The notes beneath the pieces are model-generated. The model worked only from the letters and a program-made list of their open reading frames with translations, made no database searches and was not told the origin of the DNA. The translations under genes and the position numbers were made by a program. This document shows, in pieces, positions 46,780 to 56,300 of a DNA stretch of 64,000 nt (positions are counted from its first letter, which is position 1; the number at the start of each line of letters is the position of its first letter). The stretch lies in the sequence record OM339718.1; one strand, written 5' to 3'.

Positions 46780-46806
46780 ATATAGTTTTGTAAAAAGGAA
46801 AATGAA

Positions 46807-47256
46807 ATGTCTATTGAAACTCGTGTAACAAAAGTAAAACAACGTATTCATGAAGAAACCCAACGGGTTAAATCGAATGCAATTGTTACTTGGGGCCTGT
46901 TCTTCATGGCAGCAGCCCTTGCATCAATCCCTGCATCCACTATGTATGGCCCTATTATCATAGGTGCTATCGTGATGGTGATGTTCCAGTATCTGACCAT
47001 GATCTCTTATGCTAAAGAACGGGTAGGTTATCTTGGTAAAGCGTATGCTAACCCAATGGCACTGATCTACATCGAGAGTGGTATTGATGGGGTTAAAGAC
47101 CTCGAAGAGTCAATTCGGAAGTGGGAAGCAATGACCGACGATGAGCGAGAAGCCGCCAACAAACGAATCAATGTGATCACGGTTGTGGCTCTTTTGGCTC
47201 TCATTGCTGCCGTTTCTGGCTTCTTCTGTGGTCTTTTCTGGCTTCTTCCAGTATAA
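46807..47256 (+). CDS. multi-pass membrane protein
   Basis: 3 TM segments. Confidence 0.7.
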   Translation: MSIETRVTKVKQRIHEETQRVKSNAIVTWGLFFMAAALASIPASTMYGPIIIGAIVMVMFQYLTMISYAKERVGYLGKAYANPMALIYIESGIDGVKDLEESIRKWEAMTDDEREAANKRINVITVVALLALIAAVSGFFCGLFWLLPV

Positions 47257-47340
47257 ACCACTTGCAAACATGTATTGGTTATGAGACTATAACCACATCA
47301 AGGGGGGTTCGCCCCCTCTTTCATAACATAAGGAATAGAA

Positions 47341-47451
47341 ATGAATCCAGTAGCTAAACATAATTTCAACCGTCCTTCTGTTATGAAGGATAAGAAAGAG
47401 AATTCCAAGAAAATTCGTGGTAAAAAGCATAAGAAATCGGAAGGTTGGTGA
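47341..47451 (+). CDS. small basic peptide (36 aa) resembling short T4-family peptides near arn/asiA
   Basis: MNPVAKHNFN...KDKK...KHK; AAGGA SD; promoter 47262-47290. Confidence 0.6.
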   Translation: MNPVAKHNFNRPSVMKDKKENSKKIRGKKHKKSEGW

Positions 47452-47453
47452 TT

Positions 47454-47693
47454 ATGATTGATATGACATTATTTGGTGGTGGGGTAGTGTCTGGTCTTAC
47501 AAAAGATGGAAAACCTACCCATATCAACCTTAAAGACCATTCAATGGAAACGGTCAAACTGTCTATCCAAAAAGATGTGTTTGGGTATGAAGTAAGTATT
47601 ATTATTTTTCCATGTGGTAGTACTGCAAGATTTATTGGTGATGTTCGAAATCGAACTGATGTGATCCTAAGAGATAAAGATTATAAAATATGA
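47454..47693 (+). CDS. hypothetical protein
   Basis: Overlap junction with asiA. Confidence 0.55.
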   Translation: MIDMTLFGGGVVSGLTKDGKPTHINLKDHSMETVKLSIQKDVFGYEVSIIIFPCGSTARFIGDVRNRTDVILRDKDYKI

Positions 47694-47962
47694 AAATTAC
47701 AAAAGTTGAATTGATGAAAGATATTGTAGCTACCGCATCTATCTTGGCAAAGTATGGCTGTGATGATATTCTAGATACTCAATCTGGGTTTGTAGATTTT
47801 CTAAATGAACTGGGGTTTACTACCGTGCGAGGTAAACCATTAACGATTTTTAATTTCAGAGTTATGGTTAGTAGTCTAACCCCATATCAGAAAAAAGAGA
47901 TTATAAAAGAATTTGATGCTGGTAGAATTGACCATTTGATTAACTGTATGGTTGACGAATAA
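47690..47962 (+). CDS. asiA: anti-sigma70 factor AsiA
   Basis: 90 aa; +++I+A.ASIL.K+...DI++...F+.FLNE+G...G+.L...FR..+S.LT...KK.+I.EF pattern of T4 AsiA. Confidence 0.88.
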   Translation: MKITKVELMKDIVATASILAKYGCDDILDTQSGFVDFLNELGFTTVRGKPLTIFNFRVMVSSLTPYQKKEIIKEFDAGRIDHLINCMVDE

Positions 47963-47989
47963 AAAAGGGATCCCGTGAGGATCCCTTTT
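47963..47989. terminator. bidirectional intrinsic terminator
   Basis: AAAAGGGATCC-cgtga-GGATCCCTTTT. Confidence 0.85.
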
Positions 47990-48048
47990 GTTTTATGTAA
48001 ACTGATAATATATATCATCAGTTGCTCATTTATATTTAGGGTACTAAA

Positions 48049-48420
48049 ATGTATACACCACCTTTTAAGAGTTTTAACATTCCTGTTATAATTGATAATT
48101 TGGTTCTCGACCTCCCAGTAAACGAACACAAATATGACAAATTTGCTGTAACTGTAAACAATGATGGTCTGGTTGAACTTTGGCCCGAATCTTGCGTTTG
48201 TGTTGGTATTGTTTACAGTAAACAGTGTGGTTTCTATGTATGTGATGATTACAAAGGGTTTTGTTACGACAGTGAGATCCCAGTGGGTCGTGTTGACCAT
48301 GAAGATCCCAGTTCACTGGGATATCTAAATTGCATTTGGTTGTTTGAACGTCCAGATGATGGGGTAATAAATTTTATTTCTAAAAACATATTGACACCAG
48401 ACGAAGAAAGTGTAGAATAA
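48049..48420 (+). CDS. hypothetical protein
   Basis: ORF track; related to 7170/10800. Confidence 0.6.
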   Translation: MYTPPFKSFNIPVIIDNLVLDLPVNEHKYDKFAVTVNNDGLVELWPESCVCVGIVYSKQCGFYVCDDYKGFCYDSEIPVGRVDHEDPSSLGYLNCIWLFERPDDGVINFISKNILTPDEESVE

Positions 48421-48447
48421 GGGTTGTAACGTTGATGGAGAGAAGAT

Positions 48448-48786
48448 ATGACAACCATTCACTGCAAACCAGATTATGTTGAGTTCTATCATGGTTCCTG
48501 TACTCTTGGTTTGAAAGGTAATATGTTGCTTCCTCCTGAGATGACTGATACAATTTCAGAGAAAGGTCGTAAGAAAAACTTAGACCGTGTGTTCTTCACT
48601 AAAGACCGTGGACTGGCAAAAGTATACGCACGGCGGGCGGCTCGTTCGATTGGTGGAGAACCAACTTTATTTCGTGTTGTGGCTCCAGTTGATACTGTGT
48701 TTATGAGTGAAACCCCCGGTGCTACCGTTTATCATGCCGCTTGGGCTTTTGTTGAACAAATCCCGTTCGGTAAACTTAGTGATTAA
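48448..48786 (+). CDS. Arr-like ADP-ribosyltransferase-fold protein
   Basis: FYHGS...G..LLP...GR...RVFFT...A..YA..AA...G...+FRV.P, collinear with rifampin ART Arr. Confidence 0.65.
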   Translation: MTTIHCKPDYVEFYHGSCTLGLKGNMLLPPEMTDTISEKGRKKNLDRVFFTKDRGLAKVYARRAARSIGGEPTLFRVVAPVDTVFMSETPGATVYHAAWAFVEQIPFGKLSD

Positions 48787-48795
48787 GAGGAAATT

Positions 48796-49173
48796 ATGAT
48801 GAAATTTGGACTTGATGAAGCTAACCTTGTTGTGAACCACCTGTTTCTTGACCAATCAGATGAAATTTTGGAAAAGATCCGGGACACTCGAAAGGGTGAT
48901 ATCAAGGATGAACCTTTCAAACTGACTGTCTTGATCAACGGCATCGAGATCGAACATGTCGAATCTTACGAAAACTTCATGAAATACCAGTATGAGGTTA
49001 TGGAAAATCGGGTTAAAAAACAATACAACGTAGAAGCATTTGATCAACGGGTGCGAGAAGCGGCAGAACAACTTATCAAATCTAAATTTGGCGATTTGAT
49101 GAACAAAATGTATGATTTCGAAAATTCTGTTGATTTTTGTAATGATGTAATTGAAAAAGAATGGGGTATGTAA
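48796..49173 (+). CDS. hypothetical protein
   Basis: GAGG SD. Confidence 0.7.
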   Translation: MMKFGLDEANLVVNHLFLDQSDEILEKIRDTRKGDIKDEPFKLTVLINGIEIEHVESYENFMKYQYEVMENRVKKQYNVEAFDQRVREAAEQLIKSKFGDLMNKMYDFENSVDFCNDVIEKEWGM

Positions 49174-49676
49174 TGAAAAAACTTCATGTAGAAAAACAAG
49201 TCATGAAAGACGTTGAAGGGGTTGTTGTTGAAGAGGGTAGCGGATTCAACCATAAATCCAAGCGTCTAGTTGTCTCCGTCATTAACAAAAAGAATGGTGT
49301 TGTGTCGCAACTTATTGCGTGTGTTACCGGGTTAACTGTTATTTTAGACCAGTTTAATATTCTTGGTGGTGTTCGCGTTACAGAGCATCATTCCAGTGGT
49401 ACTGTTACTTATGTAACTGATGTGTCTGAGTTTGGAATGACTCTGAACGGTGATCTGTTTACAACCAAGAAAGAGAAAGTAACAGAATTTAAGGAACTGG
49501 AAGTTGGTGACCTTCTTACTATTGGTCTTCGTCGAAACAAAAATCCAAAAGATATTTCTGTTTCGTTTATTGGTCTGGATGGTTCTGCACTGGCAACTGA
49601 TTACAATGGTAAATCATACTTCATCAACCGAAACGACCAAGACCAACTAAAGTCTCTGAAATTGAAACTAATGTAA
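49173..49676 (+). CDS. hypothetical protein
   Basis: TAATG overlap. Confidence 0.7.
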   Translation: MKKLHVEKQVMKDVEGVVVEEGSGFNHKSKRLVVSVINKKNGVVSQLIACVTGLTVILDQFNILGGVRVTEHHSSGTVTYVTDVSEFGMTLNGDLFTTKKEKVTEFKELEVGDLLTIGLRRNKNPKDISVSFIGLDGSALATDYNGKSYFINRNDQDQLKSLKLKLM

Positions 49677-49739
49677 TAAAGTGATTGACATAACCAATCA
49701 CACTCTGATATTCTCTATCTCGTAAACAACAACGAGGAA

Positions 49740-50306
49740 ATGACTATGAAAGAAGGTAGCAACGTACAGATCAATAATGATGTGATGAATGATGAAAGTC
49801 AGCGTCATTTGTTTGGTGTTGTTGGTGTGGTTTCATACTACAACCCAGAGGTTTGGGTTGAGGTTACTTGGCCCAATGGTACTATCAGTGCATACGAAGA
49901 GAATGAACTGATCTGTCTTGACAAAGAAGAGAAGAAACCATTACCGGAAGTAGTACAACCAGAATCTGGATATGACGTTTCTTTTGTTGAAAAAGTAATC
50001 GAGAAAATCAATGATTATCATCGGGATTACCTTGAGCGTCATCCCCACGATTGGGACTGTTGTGGATTTTCCTCCGTGTATGTTGAATTCGGAAGAAAGA
50101 AAAAAGTGAAAGACCTTGTTTTGGGTCTCGGGTTTGACATTGCGTATAAATCAGGTAAAGAATCTTTCTTGGAACCAAAATTTAGAATTCCGTATTGTGG
50201 TCATCAGTCTTTGACTTACAAAGAGGAAATCATGCAGATCATTTGTGACGAAATTAATAGTGTGGTTGGTGAAAAAGTTGCATATCGCAGCTCTTACATG
50301 GACTAA
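49740..50306 (+). CDS. two-module hypothetical protein (SH3-like + DCCGF...QS..YKE domain)
   Basis: GAGG SD after promoter; C-terminal motif common in phage hypotheticals. Confidence 0.7.
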   Translation: MTMKEGSNVQINNDVMNDESQRHLFGVVGVVSYYNPEVWVEVTWPNGTISAYEENELICLDKEEKKPLPEVVQPESGYDVSFVEKVIEKINDYHRDYLERHPHDWDCCGFSSVYVEFGRKKKVKDLVLGLGFDIAYKSGKESFLEPKFRIPYCGHQSLTYKEEIMQIICDEINSVVGEKVAYRSSYMD

Positions 50307-50320
50307 TAAAAGGAAAAAGA

Positions 50321-50902
50321 ATGAAAGCATTTGTTTATAAATTCAAAACTCCAAAAGACCGGAAAGAGTTTATCGGTCTAGCCAAAATTAATGATTGGAT
50401 TGTTTCTAATTATCTGGTTGATTATCGTCTGACAGTTAACCAAGATAGCTTGAACAGACTTAACAGCGATGGTTATATTAGCCGTTTTATTGTTAATGGT
50501 GTATTGAAGGTGGACGAATTCAACACTATTGAGAGTGACGAATTTTATAAATATTTCGTACTTGATAAAGAGATTGAAATTGAAGATCTTCCGAAGCCTC
50601 GTCAGATTAGTGATGAGGAACTAATGGGTGGGGTCTGTAATGAGATTATTCTCAATAAAACACCAGTCGTTTCTAAGTTCGAGGGGAACAAACCCACATT
50701 TTCTGGGGATGTAACTAAACCTTTGAAGAAAAACGACGAAGGTCTTAACATAACAGGTAACCTAAAAATTGGTAATTGTCAGTTGACACCACTCGATCAA
50801 GCAATTTTCAATCTAGTTAACACACAAGGTAAACTTTCTCAAGATATGGAAATCAAAATTTCCATTAAAAATGGTAAGGTGACATTCAGTGTATCCAAAT
50901 GA
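50321..50902 (+). CDS. hypothetical protein, distant MKxxFK-like N-terminus
   Basis: YKFKTPKDRKEF. Confidence 0.65.
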   Translation: MKAFVYKFKTPKDRKEFIGLAKINDWIVSNYLVDYRLTVNQDSLNRLNSDGYISRFIVNGVLKVDEFNTIESDEFYKYFVLDKEIEIEDLPKPRQISDEELMGGVCNEIILNKTPVVSKFEGNKPTFSGDVTKPLKKNDEGLNITGNLKIGNCQLTPLDQAIFNLVNTQGKLSQDMEIKISIKNGKVTFSVSK

Positions 50903-50915
50903 TCAATACCCACGT

Positions 50916-51170
50916 ATGAACTTTGATACCATTTACCGTTTTCGGTCTGTCGAAGCGGCTCAAGAATATCGCACCAGTTGTGAACGTAATTTTTATAATT
51001 ATGAAATTCTTAAGAATGGATTCATTGTATTTCACATCGATGATGATGAAAACGTAATCGCGGTTTGTGATATTGAAGATAAAGAAAAGAAAAATCCAAT
51101 CTATATCAATGATGGAACCGTTTTTATTAACCAAAAAGAGAGTTTTCTTTTTATTCCGTGTCGGTGTTAA
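50916..51170 (+). CDS. hypothetical protein, distant MKxxFK-like
   Basis: YRFRSVEAAQEY; start uncertain. Confidence 0.55.
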   Translation: MNFDTIYRFRSVEAAQEYRTSCERNFYNYEILKNGFIVFHIDDDENVIAVCDIEDKEKKNPIYINDGTVFINQKESFLFIPCRC

Positions 51171-51172
51171 AT

Positions 51173-51439
51173 ATGACAGTTAAAGAATTGAAGGATAAAG
51201 CCCGGTCTTTCGGGCTTGCTGCTGAAATTATTTTGAACAATGCAAAATATCGCGGATTCAACGATTGGATGTATGATTTCGTAACCCTTGACGAATCTCG
51301 TGGAATTACAGAAACAAACGTAGTTAAATTTTATTTTGTTAGCGGTGTTCATACCATTTCCCATCCAGTCAATATGGTGGTGTTGGGCCATTCACCAGAA
51401 AAAGTTATTGGTGAATTTCATAAGGAGGTTATCGAATGA
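51173..51439 (+). CDS. hypothetical protein
   Basis: ORF track. Confidence 0.6.
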   Translation: MTVKELKDKARSFGLAAEIILNNAKYRGFNDWMYDFVTLDESRGITETNVVKFYFVSGVHTISHPVNMVVLGHSPEKVIGEFHKEVIE

Positions 51440-52095
51440 CCATAAAATGGAGGGATTACGAACTATCTCTCTGCGAGAGAAAAGAAATAAAAGATTTTGT
51501 GGAAACTCATCATTATTCTCATAATATAAATGGTCTAAAAACTTCTTATTGTTTTCGTATTACTGATAAAAACGGGAAGTTGGTTGGTGCTGTTATATTT
51601 GGACAATTAAGTACAACTGCATGGAAAAAATTTTCTGATAAAGAATGTGACGTCTTGGAATTACGACGTCTTGTATTATTGGATGAATTACCTCATAATT
51701 CCGAATCATGGGTTATTGGTTCGTGTTTGAGAATATTAAAAAAATTAAAAACTCATAAAGTTGTAATTAGTTATGCAGATCCGTTTCATGACCATGTTGG
51801 TATTATATATCAAGCAACAAACTGGATATACGTTGGGGAAACTCCCAAAGATAAACTACTAAAGACACCAGATGGTAAGTTATATCACAGTAGGGCAATG
51901 AGAACGAAATATAAAGGTATGTTGAAACCTTTTGCACAAAGATTACAAGATATGAAAAATGATGGTCTTCTAGAAGAAGTGGTAGTACCGGGAAAACATA
52001 GTTATGTTTATCCGTTAGTTCACATTAAAAAACTTGATAAAGTTAACAAGATGGAACAAAAACAATATCCAAAGCAAAGAGATATAGAAAAATGA
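51436..52095 (+). CDS. Mom-like DNA-modification protein (GNAT fold)
   Basis: HHYSH, LVGAVIFG, LELRRL, ES.VIG..L..L, ISYADP..HVGIIYQATNW.Y.G. Confidence 0.8.
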   Translation: MTIKWRDYELSLCERKEIKDFVETHHYSHNINGLKTSYCFRITDKNGKLVGAVIFGQLSTTAWKKFSDKECDVLELRRLVLLDELPHNSESWVIGSCLRILKKLKTHKVVISYADPFHDHVGIIYQATNWIYVGETPKDKLLKTPDGKLYHSRAMRTKYKGMLKPFAQRLQDMKNDGLLEEVVVPGKHSYVYPLVHIKKLDKVNKMEQKQYPKQRDIEK

Positions 52096-52586
52096 AAATT
52101 CGTTATGTTAAAGGTGATATGATCGCCATGATGAAAGACCCAGAAGAATTGAAGATCCCAACTCTGTTCGTTCATGGGTGTAATTGTCATACTGCTATGG
52201 GATCTGGTATTGCGGCTGGTATTGCAATGAACTTCCCAGACGCACCAATTGTAGATGCACATTTCCAACGGCTGTTTAAGACAAACGGTCAAGTGGATAT
52301 TGGAATGTTGGGTCAATATAGCTGGACTCCCTTAGATTATGACTCTCGATTGATTAACCTATACACACAATATTTCCCCGGTCGAGATCTTCGTTTGGAT
52401 GCATTAGAGAATGGTTTCGTCCACTTAGCGGAAGATTTTGGATATGAAGGGTATCGACTTATATTCCCAAAGATTGGGGCTGGTGTTGCCGGTGGGGATT
52501 GGGATGTTATCTCACAAGTAATTGAAAATTGTTTTGACGAAGACGACTTTGAAGAATTGATTTGTGTCGAATGGGATAAAAAGTAA
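52092..52586 (+). CDS. macrodomain (ADP-ribose binding/hydrolase) protein, T4 Tk.4-like
   Basis: VKGD, VHGCNC...MGSGIA, INLYTQ, FPKIGAGVAGGDW. Confidence 0.9.
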   Translation: MKIRYVKGDMIAMMKDPEELKIPTLFVHGCNCHTAMGSGIAAGIAMNFPDAPIVDAHFQRLFKTNGQVDIGMLGQYSWTPLDYDSRLINLYTQYFPGRDLRLDALENGFVHLAEDFGYEGYRLIFPKIGAGVAGGDWDVISQVIENCFDEDDFEELICVEWDKK

Positions 52587-52599
52587 TCATTAATCTCCC

Positions 52600-52634
52600 A
52601 AAGGCTCCATCCTAAATAAGGTTGGAGCCTTTTT
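52600..52634 (+). terminator. terminator hairpin whose loop carries a late-promoter-like CTAAATA (52612-52618)
   Basis: AAAGGCTCCA...TGGAGCCTTTTT. Confidence 0.75.
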
Positions 52635-52651
52635 ATTTGGAGAGATTAACA

Positions 52652-53029
52652 ATGGTAAGATACAAGGCAATTATATTTGGGATTCTTCTTATTTTGGCTG
52701 GTGGGTCTGTTTGGTATATGTTCAACAAGATCGAATCACAGGCAATAACAATCGGAGAGATGACCCAACAACTAGAAACAATGACATCCAAATTATCCGC
52801 CATGGAATTGAGTATAAGCGATTTCAAACAACAGTCCAGCGAGTATAGTCAGACGGAAGAGAAATCGAATAGAGAGCTTTCTAAGCGCATTGGTACGCTG
52901 GAATCTAATGCTAGTCGCGGTAAGGATGCAATAGACAAGAAACCTAAGCTAGTAGAGAAGATAATCCAGAATGATTATGAAGAGTTTGGAAGCAGAATGG
53001 ATTGCCTTACTCTGGGGGAATGTAAATGA
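52652..53029 (+). CDS. pseT.3: inner-membrane spanin (Rz-like)
   Basis: GGAG SD, N-terminal TM, coiled coil, C-terminal Cys; overlaps o-spanin. Confidence 0.75.
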   Translation: MVRYKAIIFGILLILAGGSVWYMFNKIESQAITIGEMTQQLETMTSKLSAMELSISDFKQQSSEYSQTEEKSNRELSKRIGTLESNASRGKDAIDKKPKLVEKIIQNDYEEFGSRMDCLTLGECK

Positions 53030-53325
53030 AAAAAATTCTAATTATGATGTGTATAGTGGTTCTTGCTGCATGTTCAACACCACCGAGACCAGACCCGGTA
53101 TTAGTGTTTCATCCAAATAGACCAATCCCTGTAAAAACTTATATTCCTAAATGGACTGTTATTAAGGAAGGTGAAACAACTTATGTCGGGATGACATATG
53201 AGGACAGTTTAAGGTATAGGGCTTGGCTTGAAAAAATAGGTGTTTATATAGATTCACAAAATAGAATGTTATGTTCTTATAGAAAGGATCTGAAAGAACC
53301 ACAATGTCAAAAAGTCCCCAAATAA
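53026..53325 (+). CDS. pseT.2: outer-membrane lipoprotein spanin (Rz1-like)
   Basis: Lipobox LAAC, Pro-rich linker, MLCSYRKDLKEPQC. Confidence 0.8.
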   Translation: MKKILIMMCIVVLAACSTPPRPDPVLVFHPNRPIPVKTYIPKWTVIKEGETTYVGMTYEDSLRYRAWLEKIGVYIDSQNRMLCSYRKDLKEPQCQKVPK

Positions 53326-53348
53326 GGGACTTTTTTGTTACCTAAATA
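53310..53348 (+). promoter_or_regulatory. terminator hairpin followed by late-promoter-like CTAAATA (53342-53348)
   Basis: AAAAGTCCC/GGGACTTTT then CCTAAATA upstream of tail fibre gene. Confidence 0.7.
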
Positions 53349-53386
53349 AAAGAGTAGAAACAATTTCAAAATAGAGGAATTTAAAA

Positions 53387-56300
53387 ATGGCAGACCTTAA
53401 GAGTTCGTCTACCGCTGGGGGTGGATTAGTTTGGACACAGACTAACCTACCATTTTCCCCGCAAGACGTTAAGCTGTTTTATAATGGTAATGAGGTTATT
53501 GATAGTGTTAGTAATCAATCTATTGGTGGGGATAAAACCTTTACCGGAACATTGACATATAAAACTCCTGTCAATTCTAATGAAGTTGCCATTAAAGGTT
53601 ATGTTGATAACCTAGATAGTACATCGGTGAAATCTGTAACCGGGACTCTCCCAATCGTCGTTACTACTGGTGTAAGTCCGCGAGTTTCAATTAATAACGC
53701 AACGCAATCCGCCCATGGGGCAATGAGTAAAGAAGACAAAACAAAACTTGACGGTTTGCCTGTTCGAGCTGTTAATAGAGATGGTGATACCATGACTGGA
53801 AACCTAATGGTTAATGGTCAGGTTGAAGCAAATAGAATTAAGTCCAACGGTCAAGTTGAAGTTTATGATTCTGCTACCAATACATATGCACAACGTCTAG
53901 TTGCATCTGGTTCCTTACTTTATTTCCAAGGTGGTAAAGTAGATAGAGACGTTACGGATCAACGAATTGCTTTTAGTGGTTGGTATGGTACACCACTAAC
54001 TCAAGTAAGATTTAATATGGCTGCCGGGGTTAATCCTCAAGTGTCTTATGGAAATACAAACTATGATATTTTCCATAAAGGTAATTTGCCTAGTGCGGAA
54101 GAAGTAAAGGCAATGGCGGTATATGATCGTCCACCAGAAGATGATTGCGATAAAGCAATTATGCCCGGTAACTATGGTGTTTTCGCCAATACTAAAAATA
54201 CTCCATTAGGAACTGGTCCTAGTGGTTCAACCCTTCTCGTTACCAAGTGGGGTAATGGTGCAAACGCTCAGATATTCTTTTCTTATACTGAAAACCGTGT
54301 ATGGGTGCGCAGACAATATGTCAGTGTGTGGCAGCCATGGGCGGAAATGTATACATCACTCAATAAGCAACCTGTCGGTGGTATGGGTCTTGGTGTCGGC
54401 GATAGCCCTAACGCGATTACTGTAACTGGTGGGGTTCGTGACTTTAATCTAATCAAGACGACTGGGGTGTTTACAGTCGATGGTAACTGGTCTAATGGTG
54501 TTGATAACACTCCAACTGCAACAAGCCATAATGGTGTTGTTGAGGTAAAACAAAGGTTTTATGATAACTTCACGATTCAGAAATTCAGTAACTGGGTAAC
54601 AGTCGGTGGATTCGTAGAACCAAGAGAGTTTACAAGGGTATGGATCAACGCAGTTGAAGGTTGGCAACCATGGATACCAACTGGTTTGTGGGAACAGGTA
54701 AACACATACAGAACTGGTATTCTGAGACACAACAACTCTACTAATGACGATAGTGTTTATCCTTACGTATCTTATACCAAGGAAAAATATCGCGATGGAG
54801 TTGCTGTTGGTATTCCATATACCATTGGTGAAATTGGTTTTAGAGCTGGTTCTACAAATAGATATGATCCTCATACTGGCGACCAATTATCTAGAATTAT
54901 AGGTCAAGCCACCAACACATCCACATCAGGTGAATATGAAGGCACTTTGTTCTTAGCTTCTAGATATCGCAGAGGGTCTGATGGTTCGACTGCTGATACT
55001 AGTACACTAAGAATAAGTAGAGATGTTGGTGCTGAATTCACCCATGCTGGTAAGAAAGTACAAATCGAAAATGGTAATGTAAATGCAGAGAAGTTTATTG
55101 CAACTACATCTGGTTATGCACTTCAATATTCCGGTAATGTAAGCCAAGGAATCTACTTAGATAATAGAACAATTATTGGGGGTGGTTCATCTGGTGTTGT
55201 GATTCGTCCGAATGGTTCTGGTACTCCAACTGGTGAAACTGTATTTAATACAACTGGTACTATATCAAATAACCAAGCACCAACTGTATCAAACCATTTA
55301 ACAAACAAGGCTTATGTTGATGGTGTTGCTCTTGGTGGTTTTAGTTCTATTATCACACTGAGAGATACAGATAACCTCAACGATATTAAAACCGCTGGTA
55401 TATATAGCCAAGTTGCTAACGCTAAAGCATTAACTAGTTTGAACTATCCAGTTGAAAAAGCCGGAAACTTGATTGTTACTACTTCTGCTGGTGTAATTCA
55501 AAAATATTGGGTATATAACTCATCCGAGGTTTGGTCTCGTGCTCAATATAATACGGGTGCATGGAAACCATGGTATCGTGATTATAACGAAGAGTTTAAA
55601 CCTACATCCGCTGATGTTGGGGCGCTGTCTCTGACTGGTGGTACTGTAACCGGAGACGTTAGATTTAACTCTGGTAACACCACTAGATTGACTCTTGGTA
55701 GTGGTTCTGATTATTACGTCGAACGCTCACCATCTGGATTGACATTAGCTTCTGGAACTGTCAATCCGAAGGTTAAAGTTAATAACACAGATTATGACAT
55801 ATATCATACCGGCAATAAACCATCAGCCGCCGACGTTGGTACATTAACAACTGCACAGATAAACACAGAGCTTAACAAAAAGCTTAATCTGTCTGGTGGT
55901 ATCATGACTGGTGCAATTCGTTGGGATGCAACAGATGAATATATCAACGCCGCGAGCAACAATATATATCTGGCTGCTAAGACTGGTACTGTATATCTTG
56001 AAAGCAAAAATAACCCAATGGTGAGGATTGGAAGTAACGATTACACCATATATCACACTGGTAATAAACCTGCTGCTGGTGATTTTAATGCATACACAAA
56101 AACTGAAACAGATAATTTACTTAATACTAAATTAAATCTGTCTGGTGGTACTCTAACTGGAGCGGTAACTACTGCAACCATAAAGAATGCTGTTATGATT
56201 AATAATGGTGCATCGATTAGTTTTCAAGATGGTTCTAATGCTAGATTTCATATATTAGCAGAAGGAAACACATTTAAACTAAAACATGGTAACTCAGGTG

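Noticed and set aside
47990-48039. Possible late antisense small RNA toward asiA from CTAAATA at 48033-48039 (-)
   Set aside because: A 7-mer this AT-rich is expected by chance every few kb, and the bidirectional terminator would stop it before asiA
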